NCBI GenBank assembly: GCA_951406725.2
Contig: OX597816.1
Coordinates: 155,620,001-155,684,000 of the forward strand
DNA length: 64,000 nt
Reading direction: 5' to 3'
From: Octopus vulgaris
Lineage: Eukaryota
Shown here piece by piece: positions 27,330-40,390 of the stretch. Every line of letters starts with the position of its first letter. The first letter of the stretch is position 1. The notes below the pieces were generated by a model. That model did no database searches. It saw only the letters and a program-made list of their open reading frames with translations, and was not told the origin of the DNA. Made by a program: the position numbers and the translations under genes.

Positions 27330-29280
27330 GCCACATTCCTCACAGGCTAGAAACATAGGTATAAAATCTTCTGGGAAGGTAACAGCAAAGGTGTAGGAGG
27401 TGTGGGCATACTCTTGCAAGGAAATGAGTGGATAAGGTCATAGAGGTAGTCAGAGTGTGTGATAGTTTTGCAGAATAGAATAACAATTATCTTTGCCTAT
27501 ACTCCACCAAGTAGGTCTAGCAAATGAACTGCCTTTATGATATACTTCTGCAGACTATCTCAAATATGAGTGACAATGATCTTATTTTGTGGCTGGGGAT
27601 ATCAATAGGCGTGTTGGGCAGTAGCTTGGTATTTTCCATGGTGTACATGGGGACCATGGAATTAGTTCCTGAAATTAGTTCCTGAAATGAAGAAGGAACA
27701 AGGCTACTGAAGTTCTGTGATGCGAATAACCAAGTGATCTGCAACATGAACTTCAGGAAATCAACCACCCACCTGTTAACCTACCAATCAGGTGACCACA
27801 TTAGAGATCGATTATATCTTTGACAGCAGGATGCATGATTGCTTCTTAATACAAAGATCTTCCATGGTGAAGAATATAGACCCCAGCATAGACTAGTCAT
27901 TAGTAAATTTAGACTTTAAGTCAGAAGGGTGCCAAGAAGCAAACCAATCTGCATTTAATGATTCTGGTGAAGAAGAGGCTTGGAAATGCCATTATGAAAG
28001 GCTACAAAATGTGGAGAATGAGTGGGAGGAGAAGAGTCTGCCAAATGTTGACCCAACTGAGGGACCAATCTGAATCGATAATAGCTTAGTAGATAAAGAA
28101 ATTAAGGACATGAAGACAAGGAAAGCCCTTGGCCCATCACGTATTTCCACTGAGATGTTTAAAATATCTGGCGGAGTAGGAAATAGCCTAGTCACCTGTA
28201 TAGTTAATCAGGTTGTGACTTTCAGCAAAATGAGTTGATAAGGTCATAGAGATACCAGAAAGGGTAATAGAATGCTTAAGCTTAGGCTAGTCTTACAGAA
28301 CAGTGTAGTGATAATTATCTCTGCCTATGCCCCTCAAGCAGGCCTACCAAATAAACAGAAGGACCACTTCTATGATATTCTTCTGCAGGCTACCTCAAAG
28401 ATGAAAGACAATGATCTCCTCTTTGTGGTTAGGGATTTCAAAGGGCATGTTGGACGGCAGCCTGGTATCTTCCATGATGTGCATGAGGGCCATGGATTTG
28501 GCTCCCCAAACGAAGAGGGAACAAGGCTACTGGAGTTCTGTGATGCAAATAACCCTTTGATCTGCAACACCAACTTCAAGAAGCCAGCTAGCTATCTCAT
28601 AACATACCAATCAGGTGTTTTTGCTAGCCAGATCGATTACATTCTCATCAAACAATGGGATGCATGGTTGCTCTTATATACAAAGACTTTACCTGGTGAA
28701 GAATGTACCCCTCCCCCCCAGTATAGACTAGTCATTAGTGACTTTAGACTCCAGGTCAGAGGGATGCCAAGAAGTAAACCAATCTAGAAAAGAAGGATTT
28801 GGAAGCTTAAGGACCCTTTATATGGTCAGAAATTTAGGGACGTCCTAATTCAGAAATTCGATGAAAGGGAAGAGGAGCTACAGATTTGTGACATAGAGGG
28901 CAATGGGGAATTTCTGAGGGACAGCTTGCTAAGTGACACAGACCAAATCTGTGGAAGGTGCAAAGTCCCATCCAGACCTAGGGTAATGTGGTGGTGGAAT
29001 GATGCAGTAAACAGGGCCATTAGAGCTAAGAAACAGGTCTGGAAAACCTGGAAGAATGAGGTTAGCAGGGTATTATATCAAATTGCCAGAAGAGATGCTA
29101 GGAGACAAGTATATCTAGCCAAGGGAGAAACAGAAAAGTTTTCCTATGTTCAGTGATGTGAGGACACAATAACTGAAGTGTTTCAGATTGAAAGACTGTG
29201 TGAGAGAGAAAATCGTGATGTCATAGGAGAGAAATGTGTCTGTATAGATGATGGTGCACTTGCATGTAATGATTCTGCAA
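27330..29280 (+). mobile_element. Two adjacent decayed RTE LINE endonuclease fragments
   Basis: IISAYAPQAG...DFKGHVG...NEEGTRLLEFC...QIDYIL (APE domain); WWWNDAV. Confidence 0.85.
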
Positions 29281-29644
29281 AGTTCCGCCAAGGTCAACTT
29301 TGCCTTTCATCCTTTTGGGGTCAATTAATTAAGTACCAGTTATGCACTGGGGTCGATGTAATCGACTTAATCCATTTGTCTGTTCTTGTTTGTTCCCTCT
29401 ATGTTTAACCCCACCCCTGTGGGTAATAAAGAAATAGAAAATATATATGTATATCAGGCATATGCTCGGTGTGTGTATGAAATTTCCTTGCAATATATTG
29501 GTCAGCACAAGTTTGTAGTTGAAAATATTTACTCAGTGGGATTGAACCCAGAACTGAGTGGTTGCAAAATAGATTTCTTAACCATACAACCAGGCCTACA
29601 TCATGATAGTCATAGCAGAGATGCTTTTAGTTTTAAAAGATAAA

Positions 29645-29935
29645 GATCCCCTTTCAGCATGAAAAACCATGAGATTGCACCTAGAAAGTTCCCCTCTGAG
29701 GTATATGGTTGTTTGTGGAAGACCATTAGTCACCCATGTATACCAGCCTCTGCTCTCCATACCGCCGATATTGTCCAAGGGAAAAGCAAAGGCTGATACA
29801 ACTTGGCACCAAAAACATCACAACATATTTCTGCAGCTGAGTGAATGGGATTAACATGAAATAAAATGTTTTGCACAAGAACAACACACTGCTTGGTATA
29901 GAACTCACAACCTTGTAGTTGTAAGCCTGATAAAC
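29645..29935 (-). mobile_element. tRNA-derived SINE, family D (decayed)
   Basis: Similar to the 34220-34570 copy. Confidence 0.65.
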
Positions 29936-29983
29936 AAATAACAACATTATAGAATATAGTACTAAATAACATAACGTGCATAC

Positions 29984-30179
29984 CATTAACATAAACGTAT
30001 GTGGCCTCGGATAGCACAGCATCTTCTTGCGAAGGATCTGGTTTTATTTGAATTGAAGCAATAACAGGATCCCATATTGGCAGAGGTTTATAAGAAGGTG
30101 GCAACTCCAGTTCACAGAGAGTTTGGCCATTGATAACCTCAGTCAGCAGAATCACACCATTATTGAATGTCATCAGAAG
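29984..30179 (-). CDS. WDR93: WDR93-like protein, internal exon
   Basis: cattttgcag acceptor and gtatgc donor; 196 nt, phase 0 to 1; LLMTFNNGVILLTEVINGQTLCELELPPSYKPLPIWDPVIA resembles recalled WDR93 [41 protein letters not shown]. Confidence 0.85.
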
Positions 30180-31439
30180 CTGCAAAATGAGATGTGAGAG
30201 AAGCAACAAAAAAAAAATATATAATTACTACAAAATAAACAACCAGACTTTCTCTTTGAGAGCAAAGACGGAATTATATAATCAACAAAATCATATAATT
30301 TATTACTTTTGTAATTATTTCACTCCATTTAATTGAGTAGCAGCTATTTAGTGAAATGAGAATGATTTTTACAAATTAAAACCATCACCACCACCACTGC
30401 CATTACAATCAATAGCCAAAGAAACCTCTTGGTGTTCCTTTGATTTACTAAAAGTAGCAACAAAATACCCCTCCTTTCATCTTATTGTTTTTTAAAAGAA
30501 AGACAAATGTACATCTATTAATTTATAAAAGTCCAGATTGTGATGGTTGGAAATGTTTTTGATTATAGATATCTTTGACTAGTGTACAGAGGGCTTAAAC
30601 AAGGATGAGGACATCTACCATTCTCTTATAATAGAATGGAAGGTTTATGATACCTGTGGAGTATCTCCTCCCATTATAATTATTTTTGTAGTTTCAAAGA
30701 TCTGGAACACAAAGAAGATGACCACAAGCAGAGTACAATTCAATAACCATTTATTTACAGGAATGTTGAGAGAAGATAGCAGAGAAGAAATGTTAGAGAT
30801 AAATTGCCAATAAGCCAGATAGTCTTTTATTAAATAAAGTCTAAGATGCTTATTTATGTAATAAGAGTGTTGTCTCATAAGTATGAACAATATTCTAAAT
30901 ATTGGATTCGGCAGCTGATCAAGGCCAAAGTGTTTAACTTAGCTTCTGATGTTAATTATAAAAATATTGCTTTTGCTGGGGATTTGAAGAATTATAGATC
31001 ATAAGTGAGCAACAGGATGATAAATCTCCTGCATATGTGACTCTACTGAAGCTATATTGGTGGTCAGTGGAAGAAATTCAAGTTGATAAAGAAAGTTATT
31101 TTTGCAATTGTTTCCATCACCTCTGAGATCTTGGAAGTTAGAACAATTGATTAGTAGCTCAGAGAGGTTTACCTTTTGGGAATGGGACCCACTATAATGT
31201 ATTTCCATAGACTAACATAAGATTGAATAGTTTGGAGAGGATGGGAACAATGTTGAGAGCAATGTAAGATACACTCTTGGTAGTGAACAGAAACTTTGAA
31301 ATGAAAGGGAGGAAATGTAATTTCGATTTATGAATAATTAGGGTAAATTGAGATAAATGAAATGTTAAAAACAAATACAAATAGAAGTAAATAAATCTTA
31401 ATAAAGGACTAAATATGAAAAAAAAAAAATTTACAGTAC

Positions 31440-31500
31440 CAGGTCATTTTTTCCAGAAATAGGCACGACCTTATTCAGAGCTGCTTCTGCAAACCTTGAT
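31440..31500 (-). CDS. WDR93: WDR93-like protein, short internal exon
   Basis: attcacag acceptor and gtactg donor; 61 nt, phase 2 to 0, exactly bridging the flanking exons; SRFAEAALNKVVPISGKNDL. Confidence 0.75.
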
Positions 31501-33300
31501 CTGTGAATATTAACAAAATTTAAAAAACCTTTAAATTTAAGGAAGTTTAACATTAATTTAATACCAATACATTGATAGTATTGATTTCTTACATTTGTCA
31601 ATGACCACAACGTTGTTGAAAGGTTAATACAGCTGACTGAACTGATTCCTCAGTATGTCACAAGCATGTCTTTATTTCACTGACCACCACTTCTCAAATT
31701 TATAGGAATGGAAGGCTAAGTTAAATCCAGAATGTAGTGGGATGGAATTAAATAGAGTAAAGCATTTAATTACCATTCTGCTAACCTTCCACCTTATAAT
31801 GTTGAAAATTAATAAATGTTATAATCAATGATCAAATGAAAATGGTTAGACAATTGAAGTCACTAACATGAAAAGAAACAACAAAGTTTTCATTTCACTG
31901 ATTTAGAATATTTATTACTAAATCTCATATAATGGTAATAATGATTCAGACGATGGTGCCAATGAGAATTAATCCCATAACCTATTGAGTCACAGGTGAA
32001 CTATTAAAAAGTTCCTCTAGCAGATCTAAGGGACAAGTCAGCTTTACAGAGTTCATCCTTCTTCATAGTGTACTCTTAAAATTAAACAGACACCCTACTG
32101 TAATACAATGAAACACTTATTAAATGTATAGTATAACTGCTGCATCTAACTTGAATTTTTTTCTGCTCTGTGGTACCTATTTACAGACAAAGCCATTTTA
32201 GGTTTCAGTATCTTGGCAATTAACAAACTGGAATAATGGTGAAGGGGTATCAGCTCTCTGTTTTTCAGATAGACATTCATTACTTTATTGATATATTACT
32301 ACTTTTGTCATGTCTCTCCCATGAGATAATATACTTGCAATGTTTTATATAGTGAAACAATTATCAGGAGTCACTTTTAGATCTAAGCAAACAGAGCAGC
32401 AGAAATATTTTCTCTTATCTATTAGACAGCGAAATTAAAAGTTCTCTTTTAGGTAAGGTCCTTGAAACTATGAATGACTTTCACTTTTTTGTTTTCAAAA
32501 ACTTTCAAAATCAGAATGCCGACCATTATGTGTTCATGATGCCATAAAAACTATGCAAGTTTACTCAGCTGTTCTATTCTACATTTATAAATTTCAAAAT
32601 ATTTATTTATCATTGCAACTTCACTAACACTAATTTCCAGAAAGTAATATTGGAGCCTATGTTTTGCTTTTCTTAAAGTGAAGGAATGGCTGTGTGGTTA
32701 AGAAACTCACTTTGCAACAGACGTGGATTTGAGATCAGTCCCTCAGCATGGCACCTTAGACAAGTGTGAATTTGGTCGATGGAAACTGTGTGGAAGTCCA
32801 TCACCATCATCATCAAAACATCTCTTTTCTATGACCTGGGTTGGACAGGTTGACAGGAGCTGGTGAGCCAGGGTACTGTGTCAAGTTCTACTATTTGCTT
32901 TGGCATGATTTCTGTGTCTGGTTGCCCTTCTTCCTATTTCCAACCACTCTACAAAGAGTAGTGAGTACTTGTTTTTATAACACCAGCGCCAGCAAGGTCA
33001 CCAAATAACTTTCAAAACAAGACCCCTCAAGTAAGTGGTGAGTAGTAATGAGGGAAGTGTGCCAGGTGGTGAGGGGTTAAAGTGCAACAGAGAGACAGAA
33101 ACAGTGTGCGTGCACGTGTGTGTGTATCATTGTGTTTGTGCATATCCCCACCATACCATAGCACAAGAACCCAACTTAAAGAAATAAGTACCAGGGTTGA
33201 TTTGTTCATCTAAACCCTTCGAGGCAGAGCTACAGTATGGCCACAGCCTAATCAGTGAAACGAGTAAGAAAAGATGAAAGATAAAAGCTAAACAACTCAC

Positions 33301-33496
33301 GCAGGTAGCAGTGTTGTCATGGAGTAGGAACCATCAGTATAAGTGATGTATTGTACCAGGCCACTGTTTAAAATCGCAATAAGGTGGCAGCTGATTGAAT
33401 AAGGCTGTTGGTTATTTGGAGGAGTATTTAGTGAAAGGAAGTATAAATCTTTAAAAGATCCTTCTTTGCTAAGATCAAAAACACCAGACAATATAC
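33301..33496 (-). CDS. WDR93: WDR93-like protein, internal exon
   Basis: tcttttgcag acceptor and gtgagt donor; 196 nt, phase 1 to 2; GILSGVFDLSKEGSFKDLYFL...TTLLPA. Confidence 0.8.
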
Positions 33497-34219
33497 CTGC
33501 AAAAGAGAACATATAGTCTACATCTGTAAGATGCATTATTACTCTCCTATTTATAATTCTCAAAAGACTGCTTTGATAGGCCCTCAATTACTAACACCTA
33601 TAAAACTGGAAATATCTGGGGCTGAACATAATGCTAATCAAGACATGGTCATGGTCTGATAAGATATGTGTATATGCATAATTACACACACACTCTCACA
33701 CACATATATGGCTGACTGTGACTGTGTGGTAAGAAGTTTGCTTCCCAACCAAATAGTTCTGGGTTCAGTTTCACTGAGCAATACTTTGGGTAGGTGTTTT
33801 CTATTACAGCCTTGGGTCGACCAAAGCCTTGTGAGTGGATTCGGTAGATGGAAATTGAAACAAGCCTGTCATGTATATGTGTGTGCATGCGTATGTGCCT
33901 GGTGTTGGTGTGTTCACATCCCTTTAACTTAGGGGTGTGGCCATAGAATAAGTACCAGGTTTAAAAAAAAAAGCTAAGTACTAAGGTCAATTCATTTGAC
34001 TAAAAGTTTTCAAGGCAATGACCCAGCATGGAAAGTAGAGTTAACCCTTTATCATTCACATTATTCTATCAAAAATAATGCCTTTTTATTCATATTGTTT
34101 TGAATTAACCATGAATTATCTTGTAGCAATGAGATTTTATTAAGGAGGCTATTAATTTTTAGAATGATATTGTAGGGTTGGTGAGTGAAGCCAGTTTGGA
34201 CATAAGGCAGGCAGAATAT

Positions 34220-34570
34220 TTTGCTTGAATTGAGACCCCCTTTGGTCATGACTGACCTTGGGATTGCACCTAGAAAGTTACCCTTCCAGACACAAGTCTG
34301 GGCAAGGATGTTTTATGGAAGACCAGCAGTCACCCATGCATACCAGCCTCCCCTCTCTATGCCACCAGTGTTATCCAAAGGAAAGGCAACAGCAGATACA
34401 GCTTGGCACATGTGATGTCACAACTCATTTCTACAGCTGAGTGAACTGGAGCAATGTGAAATAAAGTGTCTTGCTCAAGAGCACAACATGCAGCCTGGTC
34501 TGGGATTCGAACTCACAACTTCACTATTGTAAGCTCAATGCTCTAACCACTGAGCCATGTGCCTTCACTG
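34220..34570 (-). mobile_element. tRNA-derived SINE, family D, nested in a piggyBac-like MITE
   Basis: Head gtgaaggcacatggctcagtggttagagc...gagttcgaatccc; cttgagcaagacacttt body. Confidence 0.8.
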
Positions 34571-35005
34571 AATTTGGTTGAATACGGAGGGTTTAAATGC
34601 AGAAGAGTTTAAATGATGATGAAGGAAAACATAGAGACACAAGGCTGGCAATTTTGAAAGGAGATGGATTCCAGTCTCCAATATTTGAGTGGTATTTTAT
34701 TTTATGAATCCCGAAAAAGATTAAAAAACCATTGAGTACAAGAGCTGGAAGAAATACCACATTTTTTCTGCTTGTTTTCTGATGCTCTCATGATTCTACC
34801 ATCACACTACCATTATTCATAATTAACTAAAGAAGAAATAATAATTAAACTAATGACAATCTGAATTGATGAATAAAAGTTAATAAAATGTGTAAAACTG
34901 ACAACATTTGTTTAACATATGGTGGCTCTTAGTAAAAGGAATCACTAATATATTGAAGTGGTAAGTTAATGGGCCTTAAATGTAATAAACAAATACCTAT
35001 TAAAT

Positions 35006-35048
<43 letters not shown>

Positions 35049-35929
35049 AGTGTATGATAATACATGAAAAGGATAAATAGAGATAAAGAGTTCATTTAAA
35101 CATTTAAAACATAAAATAAAATATTGGAGTGAATTATAGGAATATGGAATATAAGAAAATATATAAAAAAAGGTTAAGTGGATTTAAAAGGATGTGAGGG
35201 AAGACTCAAGTACAATGCTCTAAATGAGATGTCACTCAAATAGAGAAAAGCAATTAGTTAAAGAAATATTAACAAGAATACATTAAATGTGAAGCAAATT
35301 TTGTTCAGTTCTGAGAAATTTGAATAATTAAATGATTAAATCATAAAATAATTAAAATGATTAATTAACTGAAAAATCTCTGTAAAACCTTTTTAAGATT
35401 CAAAAATCAAAAGGTAAAAAAATAAGTTAAATTAACAAAGAATTTAAATCATTAAATGATTAAATCGTAGGATAATTACAAAGACAATTGCAAGATAATT
35501 AAAAAATTAATTAATTAATTAATTAATTAAAAATAGCAAAACAGTTTTAAAATAAAAATAAATATAAAAAAATAAGGGTTGAAATAAAAGATGAAATTGA
35601 ACTAAGAACCAGATTTGTTGCAAGGTAACTGTTACTTTATTTAGATATTCATTTTACGTCTCTTTTTTCATGTTAGTGTGGGTTAGGTAATTACAATTTA
35701 CAGAAAGCATTGTTTAAACAGGCAGACGATCTTACAATTTAAAACTCATAGTAAAACAGAAAGAAATGTTAATTGAAACCAAATATTTTCATGTAAATTC
35801 AACCGAAAATTCTTCCAGTATCAAATTAAATGTTAACTTTATATATTTGGGGAGATATAATCCATATCAAGTAGCTACGGAAAGAAAAAGAAATGGAGTT
35901 AAGTACAAAGAGGGATAAATCGGAGAATA

Positions 35930-36442
35930 CCATAAATCCTCGAGTATAATCCACATTTTTTTCCCAAAATTTAAAGGTCAAAATCCCTAGTGCGTACTAT
36001 ATACGAGATCAAAAATGAAAATTATTTTCTAAGCAATGTCCGAGTCTCTATTTGCTGTCTGACAATGTTTATTCAGACGCATTGTCGGGTGCGAAAATAC
36101 CTTAAGCTAAGCCTGAAAGCAATGAAGTCATAAAAGAATTGTCCATAACTTGCAGTAAGCAACATTTATTAAACGTTATTACTGTATTACTGTTATTTCT
36201 TTATTTTCTGCAAACAAAATGCACAAAAAAAGCTACACGTTTGCATTATGTTATATATACAATAATAATAAAGGACGTTACCGTATACATTTTTACAAAC
36301 CAAGGACGTTATATAGACCTCCTTGACTCATGTTAGAGAAGGGGTGCATATTATACACAAGGTTTAGGTTTTTCAGAGGTACAGCCCCCTAAAAATCCCC
36401 TGCGTATTATACTCAAGGGCACACTATACTCAGGATTTACAG
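35930..36442. mobile_element. Tc1/pogo-type MITE
   Basis: TA-ccataaatcctcgagtata ... tatactcaggatttacag-TA; internal sub-terminal repeats. Confidence 0.75.
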
Positions 36443-37071
36443 TATAAACTGGAAACAAAATAGTCCAAGATAATAGCAGATCTCTAAAATGGTTTCTCTC
36501 ATCAGTGTGTCAAAAACTGCATTAGAGTCAAGTTAATGTAGCCCAGTACATAACTGGTACTGAGTTTGTCAGATCAAAAGAGAATGAGCCAACAATGGAG
36601 CCTCTATGTGATCCCTCAACTTGCAAGAAATAGCAGCTAAATCTTGCTTAACACTTTAGCATTTAAACTGGTGGATTTGGCTTCTCACACCTACCCTATA
36701 ATATCATTCTAAATGTAAACAATCATAACAGTGGAACCTTGAAGCTATGAGACAATGCATGAATAATTCAAAACAATGAGAATAAATAAGCATTACATTC
36801 GGCAGAGTAATCTAAATGGTTAAATAACATGCAACTCTCTAAAAAGAATAAGCAGACTTTTAAATATTGAGATCTGAGATCTGCAATGCCTGGGGGGGGA
36901 TAAAATGAGGATAGACAGCATAGGTAGACCACCTTAATGATGACAACAACTCCCACTACCCCCACTCATACCTCTACAACCACACCACCATCACCACCCA
37001 AAGATCAAATTTAAAAAAAATTAAAACCTAGTACAATTTGAACACTGAATATTGAAATAATAAAATTCATT

Positions 37072-37866
37072 ATCATCATCATCATCATCATCGTTTAATG
37101 TCCATTTTCCATGCTGGCATGGGTTGGACGGTCTGACAGAAGGCTTCACTAGTCTCCACTCTGATCTGGCAATGTTTCTACAGCTGGATGCCTTTCCTAA
37201 TGCCAACCACTCTGAGAGTGTAATGGGTGCTTTTTACATGCCACCAGCACTGGCACTGGTATCATCCACGTTCGGATGGTGCTTTTTACATGCTACGGGC
37301 ACAAGAGTCAGTTGGGCGGGCATCGACCATGCTCAGATGGTGCTTTTTATGTACCATGGGCACAGGGAATCAGTCAAGCAGCGCTGGCAATGACCCATGC
37401 ATGAATGGTACTTATTGTGTGCCACCAGCATGAGAACTAGTCAGGCGGCTCTGGCATCGGCCACAACTACAATTTCCATTTGATTGTCATCTGATTTTTG
37501 AGTTTTATTTTGATTTTATTTGACTCAATAGGTCTTCTCAAGCATGGCGTATCACCCGATGATTCAAAGGTACTTTTTAAATGGGCTGGTTATGCAACAC
37601 TGGTATAGGCTACAGCTGTGATCTCACTTTACTTCCTGGGTCTTCTCAATCACAGCATATGTCCAGAGGTCTCGGTCTTTCATTATTGCCTCTGTGAGGT
37701 CCAATGTTCAAAGGTCATGCGTCACCACCTCATTCCCTGTCTTCCTGGGTCTCTTTCTTCCATAGGTTCCTTCCACTGTTAGGAAGTAACACTTCTTTGC
37801 ACATCTCTCCTCATCCATACACAGCACATGGCCATACCAGCACAGTTGTCTCTCTTGCACACCACT
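37072..37866 (-). mobile_element. RTE LINE 3' end / UTR
   Basis: (CAT)n tail and cagctggatgcc..ccaaccactc motif shared with other RTE copies. Confidence 0.75.
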
Positions 37867-38393
37867 ATAAATCATTTATTGGGTTAGCTCTCTGTCTATT
37901 CTCATTTCATCACCACCCCACAGGCATAGTAGATCTTGAATCTTAATATTTAGAATTCTTTCAAGAGTATTGCATGTTATTTAACCTCTTATCATTCAAA
38001 TTACTCTGCCAAATATAATGCTTATTTATTCCCAGATAATGATGGAGCCATTTTCCAAACCAACTGCAATATGGGTTGTACACAGTGACAGTCTACGTGC
38101 TTTTATAAAGTAGTGTAGTAAATGCATAATTTCAAAGTTTAAGTGGGTAAAATTATATTACAGAAGTAATTTTAGATGATGACAAAGCCTTGTAATTAGA
38201 TATATAATTAATATTTAACATAGGCAATATCTAACAATTTGGGACATCATTAAGTCAACCCTAGCTACTGATCTGGTGCTCATTTCTATTGAACCTTGAA
38301 GGATGAAAGCCCAAATTGATCTTGGCAGAATTTGAAATCAGAACTTAATGTATCTAAATAGTCTTATGAATAATTGCAGAGGATAAATGTTAC

Positions 38394-38528
38394 CTAAGTG
38401 GTAATCCCAGATAATGATGAAACCATTTTCCAAACCAACTGCAATCCGGGTTGTACACAGTGAGGTGGTCACAATTTTGATGGCAGCAGCAAATGGCCAC
38501 ACCATATCTGGATCAGGAGACTCAGAAT
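38394..38528 (-). CDS. WDR93: WDR93-like protein, WD-repeat exon
   Basis: cttttacttcag acceptor and gtaac donor; 135 nt, phase 1-1; SESPDPDMVWPFAAAIKIVTTSLCTTRIAVGLENGFIIIWDYHL resembles recalled WDR93 DPEGVWPCAAPI...LVLACEDGVLTLWDL. Confidence 0.85.
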
Positions 38529-38671
38529 CTGAAGTAAAAGAAAAAAATGAACTATTAATATAAGATAATGTAACACGAATCATTTTCATTATTAAATCCA
38601 GCATTAGCATCATGATAACGATGCAATAAATCAACATTCAACATCTTGGAAACCTTTAACTAATAACACTG

Positions 38672-40060
38672 TTACTCTTTACTCTTTTACTTGTTTCAGT
38701 CATTTGACTGTGGCCATGCTGGAGCACCGCCTTTAGTCGAGCAAATCAACCCCAGGACTTATTCTTTGTAAACCTAGTACTTATTCTATTGGTCTCTTTT
38801 GCCGAACCGCTCATTATTGGTTGTCAAGCGATGTTGCGGGGACAAACACAGACATACAAGCATATACATATATATATATCTACATATATACGATGGGCTT
38901 CTTTCAGTTTCCGTCTACCAAATCCACTCACAAGGCTTTGGTCAGCCCAAGGCTATAGTAGAAGACACTTGCCCAAGGTGCCACACAGTGGGACTGAACC
39001 CAAAATTTATCATAATTAAAACATCTTTTATCTTTTACTTGTTTCTGTCATTTCTGTCATTCTGGGGCACTGCCTTGAAGAGATTTTAGTCAAACGGATC
39101 GACCCCTATACTTTTATTAAGCTTGGTACTTATTCTAATAGTTTCTTTTGCTGAATCGCTAAGTTACAGGGATGTAAACAAACCAGCACCAGCTGTCAGA
39201 TGGTGTGAGACAGACACACACACACACACACACACATATATAAATGATCGGTTTTTTGCAGTTTCTTATTTCTTTACTGCTCTCAAGGGTCTACACACAG
39301 AGGGGACAAACAAGAACAGACAAACGGATTAAGTCAATTATATCGCCCCCAGTGCATAACTGGTATTTATTTAATCGACCCAGAAAGGATGAAAGGCAAA
39401 GTTAATCTCAGCGGAATTTGAACTCAGAATGTAGTGGCAGACGAAATACCACTAAGCATTTCACCCGGTGTGCTAACGTTTCTGCCAGCTTGCTGCCTTT
39501 TCAGTTTCTGTCTACCAAATCATCCACACACAAGGCTTTGGTTGGCCCGAGACTACAGCAGAAGACACTTACCCAAGGCACCAAGCAGTGGGACTGAACC
39601 TGGAACCATGGTTGGGAAGCAAACTTCTCACCACACAGCCATGCCTGTACCTGTGGAAACTAAAAAGAAAGTGAATAAAAAAAAACTCTAAAGGTACCAA
39701 AATATGAAACTGAATTTAGAATCCAGTCCTGTGATTTACCATTTAAGCCAACCTATTGTTTTATTATTATCTATCATCATTGATACACGAACAAGTATTA
39801 CACTATATCTGTTGCCAGGACACCAACTTTGAAATGATCCAGTCTGTCTATCTATAAACAAGTGAGGGTGGCAAGCTGGCAGAATCATTAGCACGCCAGG
39901 CAAAATGCGTTACGTTCTGAGTTCAAATTTTGCTGAGGTCGACTTTGCTTTTCATCTTTTCAGGGTCGATTAAATATGTACCAGTTACACACTGGGGTTG
40001 ATGTAATCGACTTCAACATTTTGTCTGTCCTTGTTTGTCCCCTGTGGGCAATAAAGAAAT
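38672..40060. mobile_element. SINE cluster: family A (38672-39001, 39025-39650) with nested family B (39266-39498) and family B on + (39866-40060)
   Basis: Family B motif gtcgactttgcctttcatcctttcggggtcgataaa; family A body split by the family B insertion. Confidence 0.75.
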
Positions 40061-40312
40061 ATCCATAAACAAGTGGGGTAAGAACTGAAGTACAGTGCTT
40101 GTAAATCTGACAAAGGTTTCATTTATCAGCCGTAACAATTTTAACAATGCCTACGGGGATAGGCTAATGTGGATTGGCTTCTCGCTCAGGTTGACTAGCT
40201 CTAAACATTGTCAGCTGTTGGTGGTTGAGGTTGGTTATGCCTACAAAAGGTAAAGTTTCTTCTAAAGAAAAGCAGGAAGAGAATAAGACATTCTGAACAA
40301 ATCTTTGCTCAC

Positions 40313-40390
40313 CTTTCTTTGGTTTCACCAATGAATACCGATTGAGAATATGACAGTTGGTTGACCAAACAAGAAGGGAAGGTGGAGTGG
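40313..40390 (-). CDS. WDR93: WDR93-like protein, internal exon
   Basis: ttttctcattgtag acceptor and gtgagc donor; 78 nt, phase 1-1; TPPSLLVWSTNCHILNRYSLVKPKK resembles recalled human WDR93 LGIHWTRSHNFFLYSL. Confidence 0.75.

Noticed and set aside
36490-36510. CTGATGA-ga-GAAAC on the minus strand as a hammerhead
   Set aside because: No stem II, stem III or stem I pairing
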